A DNA stretch of 63,417 nt, counting the filler, from Octopus bimaculoides (Eukaryota): NCBI RefSeq assembly GCF_001194135.2. It is 5 parts of 4 records of this genome, joined end to end, with 100 filler letters (N's around TTAATTAATTAA, not from the genome) between each part and the next. Parts side by side here need not be neighbours in the genome. Positions count along the whole stretch, not along the records: positions 30,789 to 52,830 come from NC_068988.1; 4 more parts are not named here. One strand, given 5' to 3'. A program made the position numbers and the translations under genes. Of the stretch, positions 36,390-49,724 are shown piece by piece (within the stretch, counting starts at the first letter, position 1; every line of letters starts with the position of its first letter). The notes under the pieces are model-generated. The model did no database searches. It saw only the letters and a program-made list of their open reading frames with translations, and had not been told where the DNA came from.

Positions 36390-36622
36390 TTTCAAGCTGT
36401 GAGAAGTGGAGAGACAACTACTAATGCAAAAACACACACACTCATATACATATGCACACACACACACACATACACACATATACATACGATGGGATTCTTT
36501 CAGTTTCCGTCTACCAAATCCTCTCGAGGTTTTTTTCACCTCGGACCTATACTAGAAGACACTTGTCGAAGATTTCACGCAGTGGGACTGAACGCAGAAT
36601 CACGTGGTTGAGAAGCAAGCTT
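36390..36622 (-). mobile_element. SINE family B, 5' end interrupted by family A
   Basis: CTTTCAGTTTCCGTCTACCAAATCC..GAAGACACTTGTCG..CACGCAGTGGGACTGAAC..AAGCAAGCTT abuts the family A tail. Confidence 0.8.
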
Positions 36623-36844
36623 CTTATTTCTTTATTGCCCACAAGGGGCTAAACATAGAGGAGACAAACAAGGACAGATAAAGGGATTAAGTCGATGACA
36701 TCGACCCCAGTGCGTAACTGGTACTTAATTTATCGACCCCGAAAGGATGAAAGGCAAAGTCGACCTCGGCGGAATTTGAACTCAGAACATAACGGCAGAC
36801 GAAATACCGCTCAGCATTTCGCCTGGCGCGCTAACGTTTCTGCC
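36623..36844 (-). mobile_element. SINE family A, near-intact (5' end runs into gap)
   Basis: CTTATTTCTTTATTGCCCACAAGGGGCTAAAC..TCGACCCCAGTGCGTAACTGGTACTTAATTTATCGACCCCGAAAGG..GAATTTGAACTCAGAAC. Confidence 0.92.
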
Positions 36845-37544
36845 NNNNNNNNNNNNNNNNNNNNNNNNNNNNNNNNNNNNNNNNNNNNNNNNNNNNNNNN
36901 NNNNNNNNNNNNNNNNNNNNNNNNNNNNNNNNNNNNNNNNNNNNNNNNNNNNNNNNNNNNNNNNNNNNNNNNNNNNNNNNNNNNNNNNNNNNNNNNNNNN
37001 NNNNNNNNNNNNNNNNNNNNNNNNNNNNNNNNNNNNNNNNNNNNNNNNNNNNNNNNNNNNNNNNNNNNNNNNNNNNNNNNNNNNNNNNNNNNNNNNNNNN
37101 NNNNNNNNNNNNNNNNNNNNNNNNNNNNNNNNNNNNNNNNNNNNNNNNNNNNNNNNNNNNNNNNNNNNNNNNNNNNNNNNNNNNNNNNNNNNNNNNNNNN
37201 NNNNNNNNNNNNNNNNNNNNNNNNNNNNNNNNNNNNNNNNNNNNNNNNNNNNNNNNNNNNNNNNNNNNNNNNNNNNNNNNNNNNNNNNNNNNNNNNNNNN
37301 NNNNNNNNNNNNNNNNNNNNNNNNNNNNNNNNNNNNNNNNNNNNNNNNNNNNNAGGAATGAAAGCAAAGTTGACCTTGGCGGGATTTAAACTCAGAGCGC
37401 AAAGTACCGGACAAAATGTCGCTGAATATTTTCTCTGAAGCGCAACCGATTCTGCCAGCCCACCACTTTCCTCTCACAAAGCAAAACGGTAGTTTTTTTT
37501 CCTGAGGAAAGAAAAGAAGGGGAACAAGTAAAAGAATCTCAAAA

Positions 37545-37760
37545 TCCTTCGACTAAGGATGAATTAAAATAAGCTGGCGCGTGTGGAAGTAAAGCCTTAC
37601 GGCAAGGACATAGGAATTGAGAGGCACAAGGAGGAATATAAATATTGCACGGATGGTAGTAGAACCAAGAAAGAAAGGTCAGGCTTGGCCGAACACCGGT
37701 CACGTGGGGGAGAGAAAGGAGAGAAACTGAGGGATAGAAGAATTAAGGAAGGGTGATAAC
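37545..37760. repeat. Unclassified interspersed repeat (family U), copy 3
   Basis: CGACTAAGGATGAATTAAAATAAGCTGGCG..GGTCAGGCTTGGCCGAACACCGGTCA is homologous to 300-500. Confidence 0.85.
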
Positions 37761-37862
37761 AAATGAAAGGGATACAGTGAAGTGAAAGAGGAGAGAAAGT
37801 GAGCATGAAGAGAACGCTAGGAAATGTGAGAGAGGGAGGACGAAAGAACGAAGAGTAGAATG

Positions 37863-37912
<50 letters not shown>

Positions 37913-38684
37913 GTATATATATATGTATGTATGTATATATGCATGTATATATATACTATGTTTATGCGCATGTACGTATGTATGTATGAATATATTCCTG
38001 TATGTATATGTGTGTACATATATATGCATATATGTATGTGTGCATGTATGCATGCATGTATACATGTATGCGTATGTGCTTGTATGTACGTATTCATGTA
38101 TGTATGGATAATTGCCATAATGTACGATAGAATTCAATGGAATGGCGTCGCATAAATGATTTCCTTATGTTACCAAACACGTATTAAAAGGAATTACAAA
38201 TGTCTGGGAAAAANNNNNNNNNNNNNNNNNNNNNNNNNNNNNNNNNNNNNNNNNNNNNNNNNNNNNNNNNNNNNNNNNNNNNNNNNNNNNNNNNNNNNNN
38301 NNNNNNNNNNNNNNNNNNNNNNNNNNNNNNNNNNNNNNNNNNNNNNNNNNNNNNNNNNNNNNNNNNNNNNNNNNNNNNNNNNNNNNNNNNNNNNNNNNNN
38401 NNNNNNNNNNNNNNNNNNNNNNNNNNNNNNNNNNNNNNNNNNNNNNNNNNNNNNNNNNNNNNNNNNNNNNNNNNNNNNNNNNNNNNNNNNNNNNNNNNNN
38501 NNNNNNNNNNNNNNNNNNNNNNNNNNNNNNNNNNNNNNNNNNNNNNNNNNNNNNNNNNNNNNNNNNNNNNNNNNNNNNNNNNNNNNNNNNNNNNNNNNNN
38601 NNNNNNNNNNNNNNNNNNNNNNNNNNNNNNNNNNNNNNNNNNNNNNNNNNNNNNNNNNNNNNNNNNNNNNNNNNNNNNNNNNNN

Positions 38685-38728
<44 letters not shown>

Positions 38729-38942
38729 TATACACATATATACATATATATATATATGCTTATAGACAAACATACAAACATACAAACATAAATATCAACG
38801 TAAATACATACGAATAGACATACATATAGACAAACTTTCACGTGCATGTATCAACATATTTAAAAGCGCATGTATTTTTATACAGTTACACACATGTATA
38901 AATATACGTAAATGAATATACACAGAAACACGCACACGCATG

Positions 38943-38979
<37 letters not shown>

Positions 38980-39557
38980 GCATACATGTACATATGAATA
39001 CTTATGTATATGTATGTATATACACATAATGTATATGTACATTTATATTCATAAGCGTACACTCATGCATATATACATGTAGATATATTTATATTTTATA
39101 TATCTGTGTGTGTGTACATATATACATACGGACAAACACACACGTTTGCATACCTTCACACTCTCCCTCTCCCCCCCACTCTCTCTCTCTCGCTCTCTTC
39201 CTCACTATATATATATATATATATCAATTAATTACTATATAGAAGAATAACATAGAGACGACAGACATATTGAGATGCGAGCGACTGTTGGCGGTGGAGA
39301 ATTTGTGTTGGGTGTTATTTCATCGTGTAAGAAATTAGAACTACATAATATAACATGAAATGATATCAAGAGCCTTATAAACTATGGCAGACATTACAAT
39401 CATATTATTAAAGGAATTGTTCTCATATTTGCCCAACTCTCTCTTTACTCTCACTCTCTCTCTTTGTTCGCTTCATTCTTTCTCTCGCTCTCTCACTTTT
39501 CTTCAGTTTGACTGGCTGTTGCCGCTCGCTTAGTTACTAGAAGCCTCTACTCTTGTT

Positions 39558-39599
<42 letters not shown>

Positions 39600-40081
39600 N
39601 NNNNNNNNNNNNNNNNNNNNNNNNNNNNNNNNNNNNNNNNNNNNNNNNNNNNNNNNNNNNNNNNNNNNNNNNNNNNNNNNNNNNNNNNNNNNNNNNNNNN
39701 NNNNNNNNNNNNNNNNNNNNNNNNNNNNNNNNNNNNNNNNNNNNNNNNNNNNNNNNNNNNNNNNNNNNNNNNNNNNNNNNNNNNNNNNNNNNNNNNNNNN
39801 NNNNNNNNNNNNNNNNNNNNNNNNNNNNNNNNNNNNNNNNNNNNNNNNNNNNNNNNNNNNNNNNNNNNNNNNNNNNNNNNNNNNNNNNNNNNNNNNNNNN
39901 NNNNNNNNNNNNNNNNNNNNNNNNNNNNNNNNNNNNNNNNNNNNNNNNNNNNNNNNNNNNNNNNNNNNNNNNNNNNNNNNNNNNNNNNNNNNNNNNNNNN
40001 NNNNNNNNNNNNNNNNNNNNNNNNNNNNNNNNNNNNNNNNNNTATATATATATATATATATGTATAATGTATGTATGTATA

Positions 40082-40118
<37 letters not shown>

Positions 40119-40581
40119 GCATATGTATGCATATAAATATATATATATATAAATATATATATATATGAGTATATATCTATATATATATATTTGAGACATA
40201 CACCTATATGACACATACATGTATGTATGTATGTGTGTGTATAGACACACACGCACAAAAATACAATTACACTCAATACTAAGGATTCTGGAGAGAATCG
40301 GGTACTTAAAGGATATGCACCAAGTTGGGTTGAATTAACCTGTAAATACCACCTTTAGTCGAATAAATATACCGGAATAAATATACTGAAGTACATCCGG
40401 CCATGTCAGCATCGGCTGGCTGCGTTCATGAATTGTTCTTCTACTCTTTTAAAATTATAAGTCTCATCTGATGAATACAGTTTTTCGTAATGATGTAATG
40501 TACTCATTCATCTCTTAAAAATGCGTAAGAAACAGCTGTAATGAGCGGGCTGTTATCCATCGTCTCTTATTTGTTCCTTTG

Positions 40582-40620
<39 letters not shown>

Positions 40621-41392
40621 NNNNNNNNNNNNNNNNNNNNNNNNNNNNNNNNNNNNNNNNNNNNNNNNNNNNNNNNNNNNNNNNNNNNNNNNNNNNNNNN
40701 NNNNNNNNNNNNNNNNNNNNNNNNNNNNNNNNNNNNNNNNNNNNNNNNNNNNNNNNNNNNNNNNNNNNNNNNNNNNNNNNNNNNNNNNNNNNNNNNNNNN
40801 NNNNNNNNNNNNNNNNNNNNNNNNNNNNNNNNNNNNNNNNNNNNNNNNNNNNNNNNNNNNNNNNNNNNNNNNNNNNNNNNNNNNNNNNNNNNNNNNNNNN
40901 NNNNNNNNNNNNNNNNNNNNNNNNNNNNNNNNNNNNNNNNNNNNNNNNNNNNNNNNNNNNNNNNNNNNNNNNNNNNNNNNNNNNNNNNNNNNNNNNNNNN
41001 NNNNNNNNNNNNNNNNNNNNNNNNNNNNNNNNNNNNNNNNNNNNNNNNNNNNNNNNNNNNNNNNNNNNNNNNNNNNNNNNNNNNNNNNNNNNNNNNNNNN
41101 NNNNNNNNNNNNNNNNNNNNNNNNNNNNNNNNNNNNNNNNNNNNNNNNNNNNNNNNNNNNNNNNNNNNNNNNNNNNNNNNNNNNNNNNNNNNNNNNNNNN
41201 NNNNNNNNNNNNNNNNNNNNNNNNNNNNNNNNNNNNNNNNNNNNNNNNNNNNNNNNNNNNNNNNNNNNNNNNNNNNNNNNNNNNNNNNNNNNNNNNNNNN
41301 NNNNNNNNNNNNNNNNNNNNNNNNNNNNNNNNNNNNNNNNNNNNNNNNNNNNNNNNNNNNNNNNNNNNNNNNNNNNNNNNNNNNNNNNNNNN

Positions 41393-41440
<48 letters not shown>

Positions 41441-41589
41441 CATACATACATACATACATACATACATACATACAAACATACATACATATATATATGTAAA
41501 ATTTAGATTCAAGATGAATATGGTACTTAAGTTTAGGCACCAGACTTAATTACGGTACTATCCATCCAATTTCAAAATGAGGTGATTAA

Positions 41590-42331
41590 AATCAAAATAA
41601 GCAACAAGGATGTCCAAAGTTAATGCAGTACGATCGTTTCATGCGACTCCATTTATTTAAGCAATGTGAACATTTTATCAAATGTAAAATGCAGAGCAAT
41701 TCTCAGCTGCAGAAAGATATAGAAATTTACTGAAATTACATTTCAACAGTGGGACAAATTTACACAATGTAGCAACTTTATTTTATATACTTTTGACCTA
41801 GGTGCCTTATGTTAAAACTTCCCCTGCTCCATTATAAATTGGTCTGCTAGTAGAGAAGCCCCTCAATAATAGTAGTTTGTCGCCAAACCCAAAGAAATTT
41901 TATAACTATATCATCCATGTTTACTCTCTATACTGTTAACCCCTTTCCCTACAAAGAAAGTGCTAGTACCCTCTTAAGCTTTGAATCACTAGGTCTGTCT
42001 GATAAGATGATCCATAAATAAGAAACAAAAAAAAACAAATAAAATCAGTGACAGTTACAAATCTGCTTAGAATTATTTACTAGCCTGTATGGTCTGGCTA
42101 AGTCAAAATGGTTTTTTGTATTCTTCCTTTTTACTTGGAGTGTTTAAATGTAGCTAGAAAAATATGTCCTTCTGTTGAATTGAAATTTCAGAAAATTTCT
42201 GTATCTTTGTGCAGCTGAGGATTGCTCTGCATTTTACATTTGATGTAATGTTCACATTGCTTAAATAAACGGAGTCGCATGAAACGATCGTACTGCATCA
42301 ACTTTGGATAACCTTGTTGCTTATTTTGATT
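41590..42331. mobile_element. MITE/fold-back element with ~160-bp inverted arms and ~420-bp spacer
   Basis: 41590-41749 is the reverse complement of 42172-42331 with few mismatches. A third arm copy lies at about 52345-52470. Confidence 0.85.
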
Positions 42332-42765
42332 ATATANNNNNNNNNNNNNNNNNNNNNNNNNNNNNNNNNNNNNNNNNNNNNNNNNNNNNNNNNNNNNNNN
42401 NNNNNNNNNNNNNNNNNNNNNATATATATGTACGTATAGGTATATATTGATTATATATACCTACATCTTCGCATATGAATGCGAGTGTATGTGTGTAAAG
42501 AAATGTAAGGTAAACTTAGAAGCATGTGGTTTAGGAATTCGGCTGTCTCTGATTTCAGTTATTGTTATGGAATATTTCTGCTGACTTGCTGAGTTATAAT
42601 TCTTTAAAAAATTCTTTCCTCCTAAATAAAATGTCACAAGTCATCTGCTCCGATTTTTACTGCGTTACGGAAACCAATAAGTGCAATAAACGTACACTTG
42701 TACACATATGTAGATACGTTACTCTTTACATGTAGGTATCTACGTTCAAGTATATGTACCTGTAA

Positions 42766-42798
<33 letters not shown>

Positions 42799-43014
42799 TA
42801 TGTGAATATATGTAGATATATTTATACGGATTTATGTGCTTATTTATTATTTCTTTCAATGATTGGATTCTGGTGGGGTTGAATTCAGACACCTAAGCGA
42901 ACTCAGGTACGCATACTCAAGGGTATACGGGAGTAGGTACTTATCTATCTATTTTTCTATCTATCTATCTATCTATCAAGGTAGTAAGGTAGCTAGATAG
43001 ACAGACAGGCAGGA

Positions 43015-43092
<78 letters not shown>

Positions 43093-43174
43093 ATACACGT
43101 AATACTATGCGTGTCTAAATATGAATTCCAGTATGTGAACCACACGACGAGCATGCGGTGCGCGCGCATATATA

Positions 43175-43209
<35 letters not shown>

Positions 43210-43872
43210 ATGTGTGTGTGCGTGAACGTGTGGGTGCATGTGTATGTGTGTGCGTGTGGTTGTCTTTCCATGGTTGTAGCGATATTAATATAAATGAATA
43301 ATGTATGCATGNNNNNNNNNNNNNNNNNNNNNNNNNNNNNNNNNNNNNNNNNNNNNNNNNNNNNNNNNNNNNNNNNNNNNNNNNNNNNNNNNNNNNNNNN
43401 NNNNNNNNNNNNNNNNNNNNNNNNNNNNNNNNNNNNNNNNNNNNNNNNNNNNNNNNNNNNNNNNNNNNNNNNNNNNNNNNNNNNNNNNNNNNNNNNNNNN
43501 NNNNNNNNNNNNNNNNNNNNNNNNNNNNNNNNNNNNNNNNNNNNNNNNNNNNNNNNNNNNNNNNNNNNNNNNNNNNNNNNNNNNNNNNNNNNNNNNNNNN
43601 NNNNNNNNNNNNNNNNNNNNNNNNNNNNNNNNNNNNNNNNNNNNNNNNNNNNNNNNNNNNNNNNNNNNTATACATACATATATATATGCATATATACATA
43701 TATGTATATATGTATATATATACATCCATATATATATATGTATGTATATATACATACATATATATATATATATACATATATATATACGTATATATATATA
43801 TATACATATGTATATATATATATACATACATATATATATATATATATTATATTATATTATATTATATTATAT

Positions 43873-43906
<34 letters not shown>

Positions 43907-45247
43907 ATATTTGCATACATAGTTGTTCGGCTCGTGAATGTGAAAAGGAGGATTATGCATAAGATTACGCAAATACTTTTAACTGTTTTCTACGAAGGTT
44001 AGAGCTAGGAACATCTGCTTCTCATTCAGGTAGGCAACGAAGTAGCAAATGAAAGCCAAAACAACAGCAACAACAACAACAATAGAAACAACACAACTAC
44101 AATAACATAAATATATTCATACATATGAAACAAACAAACAAATACGTGTAGAAGTAAACAAATTAACATATAGACAAAGCAATAAACATACATAAAGAAA
44201 CACACACACACACATAAACACAAAAAAAAAGAAGACAATGAAAGAAAGAAATTAAAAAAAAACTAATCCCAGATGAAATTCAAATTCCGACACTTCTTGG
44301 TGTTGGTATTTCAACATATATGAACACCATGTGTACACGTAAAGGAAATATAAAGCAGTCAACATGGCCGCTTTGCTGAAAGTCTCTCTCTCTCTCTCTC
44401 CCTGTCTATATATCTTTTTCACTCGCACTGTTTCTCTTTCCTTCATTCTTCTTCCTGTTCGTTTGCTCTCTCTTTCTCTCTGTTCGGTGTTTCGTGGTTT
44501 TTGTAATGGATGTCATTCTTCACCTGAAGTAATAAGTAAAGTGTATGAGCTAGGAGCTGGTGGGAGTTTGAGGTGTAAGGGGGTGTAAGTTGTAGGGGAA
44601 AGTTGGCTGATATTAAATGAAGGCTCTTGGTGTACGCGTACATAAGGATGTGCGTATATGTGTGTATGTGTGCGTGCATGCATGTTTGAGCATATGTTGA
44701 GGTTTATGAGTAAAGGTATTGGAGTGGCAAATCGGCTGATATTAAACGGAGTTTATTAGTGTGCGTGTGTGAATGTCTTTATTCGTGGGTGGGTGTTTGT
44801 ATGCATAAGCATGTGTAAATATGTGTGTGTATTTATGCTTTGTGGGTGTGCATGTATGCGTGCATGCGTTATTTGTGAATAACGTAGAGTAACAGCTGCA
44901 CACAATACTTACAGTTCTATCATTCCGCGCGCGTGTGTTCACGTAAGTGTGTGGGTATTTGCATGCATGAACATATATGCGAGTATGCGTTTAATATATT
45001 CATATATATTTATGTATGTGAGTGTTTGTGCAGAGAGAGACAGACAGACAGACAGACACAGAGAGACAGACAGAGAGAGACAGAGACAGAGAGAGAGAGA
45101 GACAGACAGAGAGGGAGAGACAGACAGAGAGAGTGACAGAGAGAGAGAGTGACAGATTTGATATTTATAGAAAAACAAAAGACGAAGACAGGTGTAGGAA
45201 CAATGAGCAAGTGTATTAGTTTGACGCTCGAAAAAAAATGGAAAAGT

Positions 45248-45283
45248 CTTTTACGTTTCGAGCCTACGCTCCTTGACAGAAAG
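45248..45283 (-). ncRNA. Hammerhead-like scaffold with non-canonical core (probably inactive or variant)
   Basis: CUUU-CUGUCAA-G-GAGC(GUAG)GCUC-GAAA-CGUA/AAAG: stems I and II, palindromic ACGU stem III and GUA triplet fit, but the core deviates from CUGANGA at two positions. Confidence 0.4.
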
Positions 45284-45752
45284 TAATAAGAAGTAAATAG
45301 AAAGATAATTTAAAAAAAAAAAAAACGTGTTGAGTTCAGTTNNNNNNNNNNNNNNNNNNNNNNNNNNNNNNNNNNNNNNNNNNNNNNNNNNNNNNNNNNN
45401 NNNNNNNNNNNNNNNNNNNNNNNNNNNNNNNNNNNNNNNNNNNNNNNNNNNNNNNNNNNNNNNNNNNNNNNNNNNNNNNNNNNNNNNNNNNNNNNNNNNN
45501 NNNATATATATATATATATATAATCGAAAATTATCGAGACTGGAGCTATAAAAAGAAAACTACGACACGCATTAATTCAGCTTTTTAATCTCCTTCGATG
45601 TATTCACTTTCTGAAACCACCTCCATGCTATGGTAACGATGCTGAATCACGCAGCGTGAAGCTCCTTGGCTCGTATTAACCTCTAATTTTGTCGCGCATA
45701 AATGCTGAGTTATCACGCTGTCGCTCAATTCCGTTGTTTCTAGCAATGCTTA

Positions 45753-46343
45753 GAAGACGCCGACCTCTCCGAGACCGAAGAAAGCACGAATGCTTTGAAG
45801 CAATGTGAAGCCTATTTCGACTAAAAGAGCACTATCGCATACACGAGCCTGTTCCACCTGGTCAAACAGTATACAAGAAGTACTACAGTGATGCTTTTGT
45901 ACAATGCTGTTGTTCGTCGCAAAATAACAGAATTGCATGCGTCCGGTGAGGGGCAACTTCACCATGAGAGCGCACCTACCAATCCACCACAGCTTTTACG
46001 GCAGTTTTTGGCCAAGGACAATATTCTTCAGGTCCAACAAACACCATATTCCTCAGATGTCAACCTTTGCGACTTTTCCTCTTTCCAAAATTAAAATCCC
46101 ACTTGAAAGAAACAAGATTTCAAAGACGTCGAGTAAATCCATGAGAATATGATAGAGTAGCTGTTCACTAACTCCCAAAAGGAGTTTCCGGGAATGCTTC
46201 GAATAGAAACGACGCTGGATAAAGTGCATGGCTTCTAAATGTGATTATTTCGAAGGAGATTAAATGATTAAATGTTGAATTGACATGTGTAGTAATTTTC
46301 GTTTTACAGCACCAGCCCCGACACTTTTTTAATCAGACATTTA
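45753..46343 (+). mobile_element. Mariner 3' half with right TIR
   Basis: KTPTSPRPKKARM..HEPVPPGQTVYKKYY..AVVRRK..QLHH..QFLAKDNILQVQQTPYSSDVNLCDF..DYFEGD*, then CCGACACTTTTTTAATCAGAC. Confidence 0.9.
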
Positions 46344-46439
46344 TGGGGATCAAATGCTTGTGGTGTACATTAGCTCACCCATCTATCAAATCGGCGTTGT
46401 CTGAACAGATGCACACGTATACAATGCCTCAGGTGTTGA

Positions 46440-46565
46440 AGTTATCGCACAGTAATGTCCTGTTGAAGCGCTTTGCTCAAGAATACAACACACCACTCGG
46501 ACAGGAATTGAAACCACTCTCTCGCGATCGCCAGTGGAACATCCTAACTACTAGACCATGTGCCA
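46440..46565 (-). mobile_element. tRNA-headed SINE fragment (family C-like)
   Basis: GCTTTGCTCAAGAATACAAC..GGAATTGAAACC..CCTAACTACTAGACCATGTGCC. Confidence 0.65.
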
Positions 46566-47466
46566 TCTGCGCCTACATATATGCATGCTTATGTGTATAA
46601 ACTCTTCGCTTTTTATATACCTGCACCGACACACATATTTGTGAGTGTGTATAAATGTGTACATGTGTGTATTTATTTATATATCACAAAATATATTCAC
46701 ATATGTGTACTCAAGTCTGAATGAAAAAAGAAAAAAACAATCGTGTGCATGACGTATGCATAATAAGTGCTTGACGTGTACATGACGTGTGTATCACATG
46801 TTGAGGCGCACATCTATAACATTTACCATATGTTTCCTTGCGTTTTTATATATTTGTGTCCAACAAAAACATCCCGCAGGTAAACATGGCTATATTAACT
46901 CCACTCACCACCAATCACACATATATATACATACATACACACACACACATACATACATCTATATGTATGTGTATGTATGTGTATGTGTGTTACAGTGTAA
47001 TATAAAATAGATAATATATATTCATACATGTATATATTCTTACCGTACAAAAATACATTCATCTATGAATGTATCTGGGTATTTATCTATCTATATATAT
47101 ATATCTATATAAATGCGAACACACGAATACACAGCTTTGCATTTGGCAGGTTTCTTGTTTTGATAGACAGGAAGGAAATCTATGAATAACTACGAATTCT
47201 AAATCAAACAAGACTGTACAATCGATAGACTCCGGCGATGCTTCTTCAAGACAATGTTTCTGCACTCAAAGAGAGATATCGTTTCTAGAAATGATCGTCG
47301 TTGTTGAATACATCATCATCAATAGTCATACGCATTTAAGATTTTGCTTAAAGATGAGAGATTGATACTATGGTTGAAGACAATCTTTCTGCACACAAAG
47401 AGAAATATCAATAAAATCCTACCGAAACAGCTGTAGTAAATTTTAAACACCATTTGTGTTATTCTT

Positions 47467-47549
<83 letters not shown>

Positions 47550-47592
47550 GTATATATATATATATGTGTGTGTGTGTGTATATATATACTCT

Positions 47593-47990
47593 CTTTTACT
47601 TGTTTCAGTCATTTGACTGCAGCCATGCTGGAGCACCGCCTTCAGTCGAGCAAATCGACCCCATGACTTATGCTTTGGATGCGTAGTACTTATTATTCTA
47701 TCGGTTTCTTTTGCCGAACCGCTAAGTTACGGGGACGTAAACACACCACCATCGGTTGTCAAGCGATGTTGGGGGGGGGGACAAACATATACACACGCAT
47801 ACATATATATAGATATATACATATATACGACGGGCTTCTTTCAGTTTCATTCTACCAAATCCACTCACAAGGCTTTGGTCGGCCCGAGGCTATAGTTGAA
47901 GACACTTGCCCAAGGTGCCACGCAGTGGGACTGAACCCGGAACCATGTGGTTGGTAAGCAAGCTACTTACCACACAGCCACCCCTGCGCC
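47593..47990 (-). mobile_element. SINE family B, full length, internal microsatellite, CpG intact
   Basis: Minus strand GGCGCAGGGGTGGCTGTGTGGTAAG (A box)..GGGTTCAGTCCC (B box)..CCTTGGGCAAGTGTCTTC..(TA/TG)n..GAAACAAGTAAAAGAG. Confidence 0.95.
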
Positions 47991-48231
47991 TATACATAAG
48001 GGTACATGCATAAAATAAAATATACAAATCTGCATATGCACTGACTCCAAATACTGCACACATACACACAAACATGCACAAACATACCCTGTTGATGTTG
48101 AACCTCCAATGAAGGAGCCTTGGATCGGGGTTTGAAACCGGTTCGCTCTCTATTGGCAAGAAATTTCGATATAAAAATAAATAACTAATCAAAAAAGAAA
48201 AAGAAAAGAAAAAAGAGTAACTGAAAAAATG

Positions 48232-48535
48232 GTCCTCCGCCGGTTACGACGATAAGTGTCTCAGTTGATCCGATCAATGGAACAACCTATTCTTGAAGCT
48301 TACGATGCAAGTGGCTGAACACTCCGCAGACACGAACGCCCTCAACGTAGTTCTCAAGGTGTTTAGTGTGACACGGAATGCGACAAGCCTGGTCCTTTGA
48401 AATGCAGACACAATTCTGTACTGCATTACTTTGAAGTAACATGTCTTGCTGAAGAACACAACGAGCTGCAATGGAATCGAACTCGCAACGTTACGAGCAT
48501 GAGCAAAATACTCTAACCTCTAGGCCACTGCACTT
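48232..48535 (-). mobile_element. SINE family C, full length
   Basis: CCTCCGCCGGTTACGACG..GTTGATCCGATCAATGGAAC..GTCTTGCTGAAGAACACAAC..GGAATCGAACTC..CTAACCTCTAGGCCA. Confidence 0.88.
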
Positions 48536-48885
48536 TCACAAAACATACATGCACCAACATATTAGTGTTAGTGGACCAACATATTCAATCTAGACATGTA
48601 AGGCAACACTGCAACATAAGAACAGTGTGTTTCGGTATATTCTTTTGAAATGCAGTAACACAACACTGTGTGATCTATCTATCCTAATAGCTTTAACATT
48701 ATTTTACATACAAAACATTTGAAAGTTGTCAAACGAGAAATTAGGCTGCTCTTGCCAAGCTGCAGCGACGATTGTTGAAAAAGCCAGCTTTAAAGTTTTT
48801 AAACAGCCGCCGGCGTATCATTAATTACGTAAACAAAACTGAAAGTATTGGTGTTGATTACGGGTTTTTGCGCAAACGCAGATGC

Positions 48886-48925
<40 letters not shown>

Positions 48926-49456
48926 NNNNNNNNNNNNNNNNNNNNNNNNNNNNNNNNNNNNNNNNNNNNNNNNNNNNNNNNNNNNNNNNNNNNNNNNNNN
49001 NNNNNNNNNNNNNNNNNNNNNNNNNNNNNNNNNNNNNNNNNNNNNNNNNNNNNNNNNNNNNNNNNNNNNNNNNNNNNNNNNNNNNNNNNNNNNNNNNNNN
49101 NNNNNNNNNNNNNNNNNNNNNNNNNNNNNNNNNNNNNNNNNNNNNNNNNNNNNNNNNNNNNNNNNNNNNNNNNNNNNNNNNNNNNNNNNNNNNNNNNNNN
49201 NNNNNNNNNNNNNNNNNNNNNNNNNNNNNNNNNNNNNNNNNNNNNNNNNNNNNNNNNNNNNNNNNNNNNNNNNNNNNNNNNNNNNNNNNNNNNNNNNNNN
49301 NNNNNNNNNNNNNNNNNNNNNNNNNNNNNNNNNNNNNNNNNNNNNNNNNNNNNNNNNNNNNNNNNNNNNNNNNNNNNNNNNNNNNNNNNNNNNNNNNNNN
49401 NNNNNNNNNNNNNNNNNNNATATATATATATATATCCATGTGTGTGTGTGTAAAGG

Positions 49457-49510
<54 letters not shown>

Positions 49511-49724
49511 TACACATACGCATGTACTGACATACCCATAAATAGATGACTATAGAATCTGTAACTTAGAAGACAGCCTGACCTGGAGTAGAGACGCCAT
49601 GTCATTAGTGAAGTCGCAAATGGTGACGAAAGGACTCTAACGAACCCAGCTAGTTGCGTGACCGAACGCCTTTTCAAATAATCGATTTGTTAATTAATTA
49701 AATAGTTATCGCGTTGATTAATGA

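Noticed and set aside
49570-49640. Possible terminal exon EDSLTWSRDAMSLVKSQMVTKGL*
   Set aside because: Only a modest acceptor, no partner exon and no homology recognised
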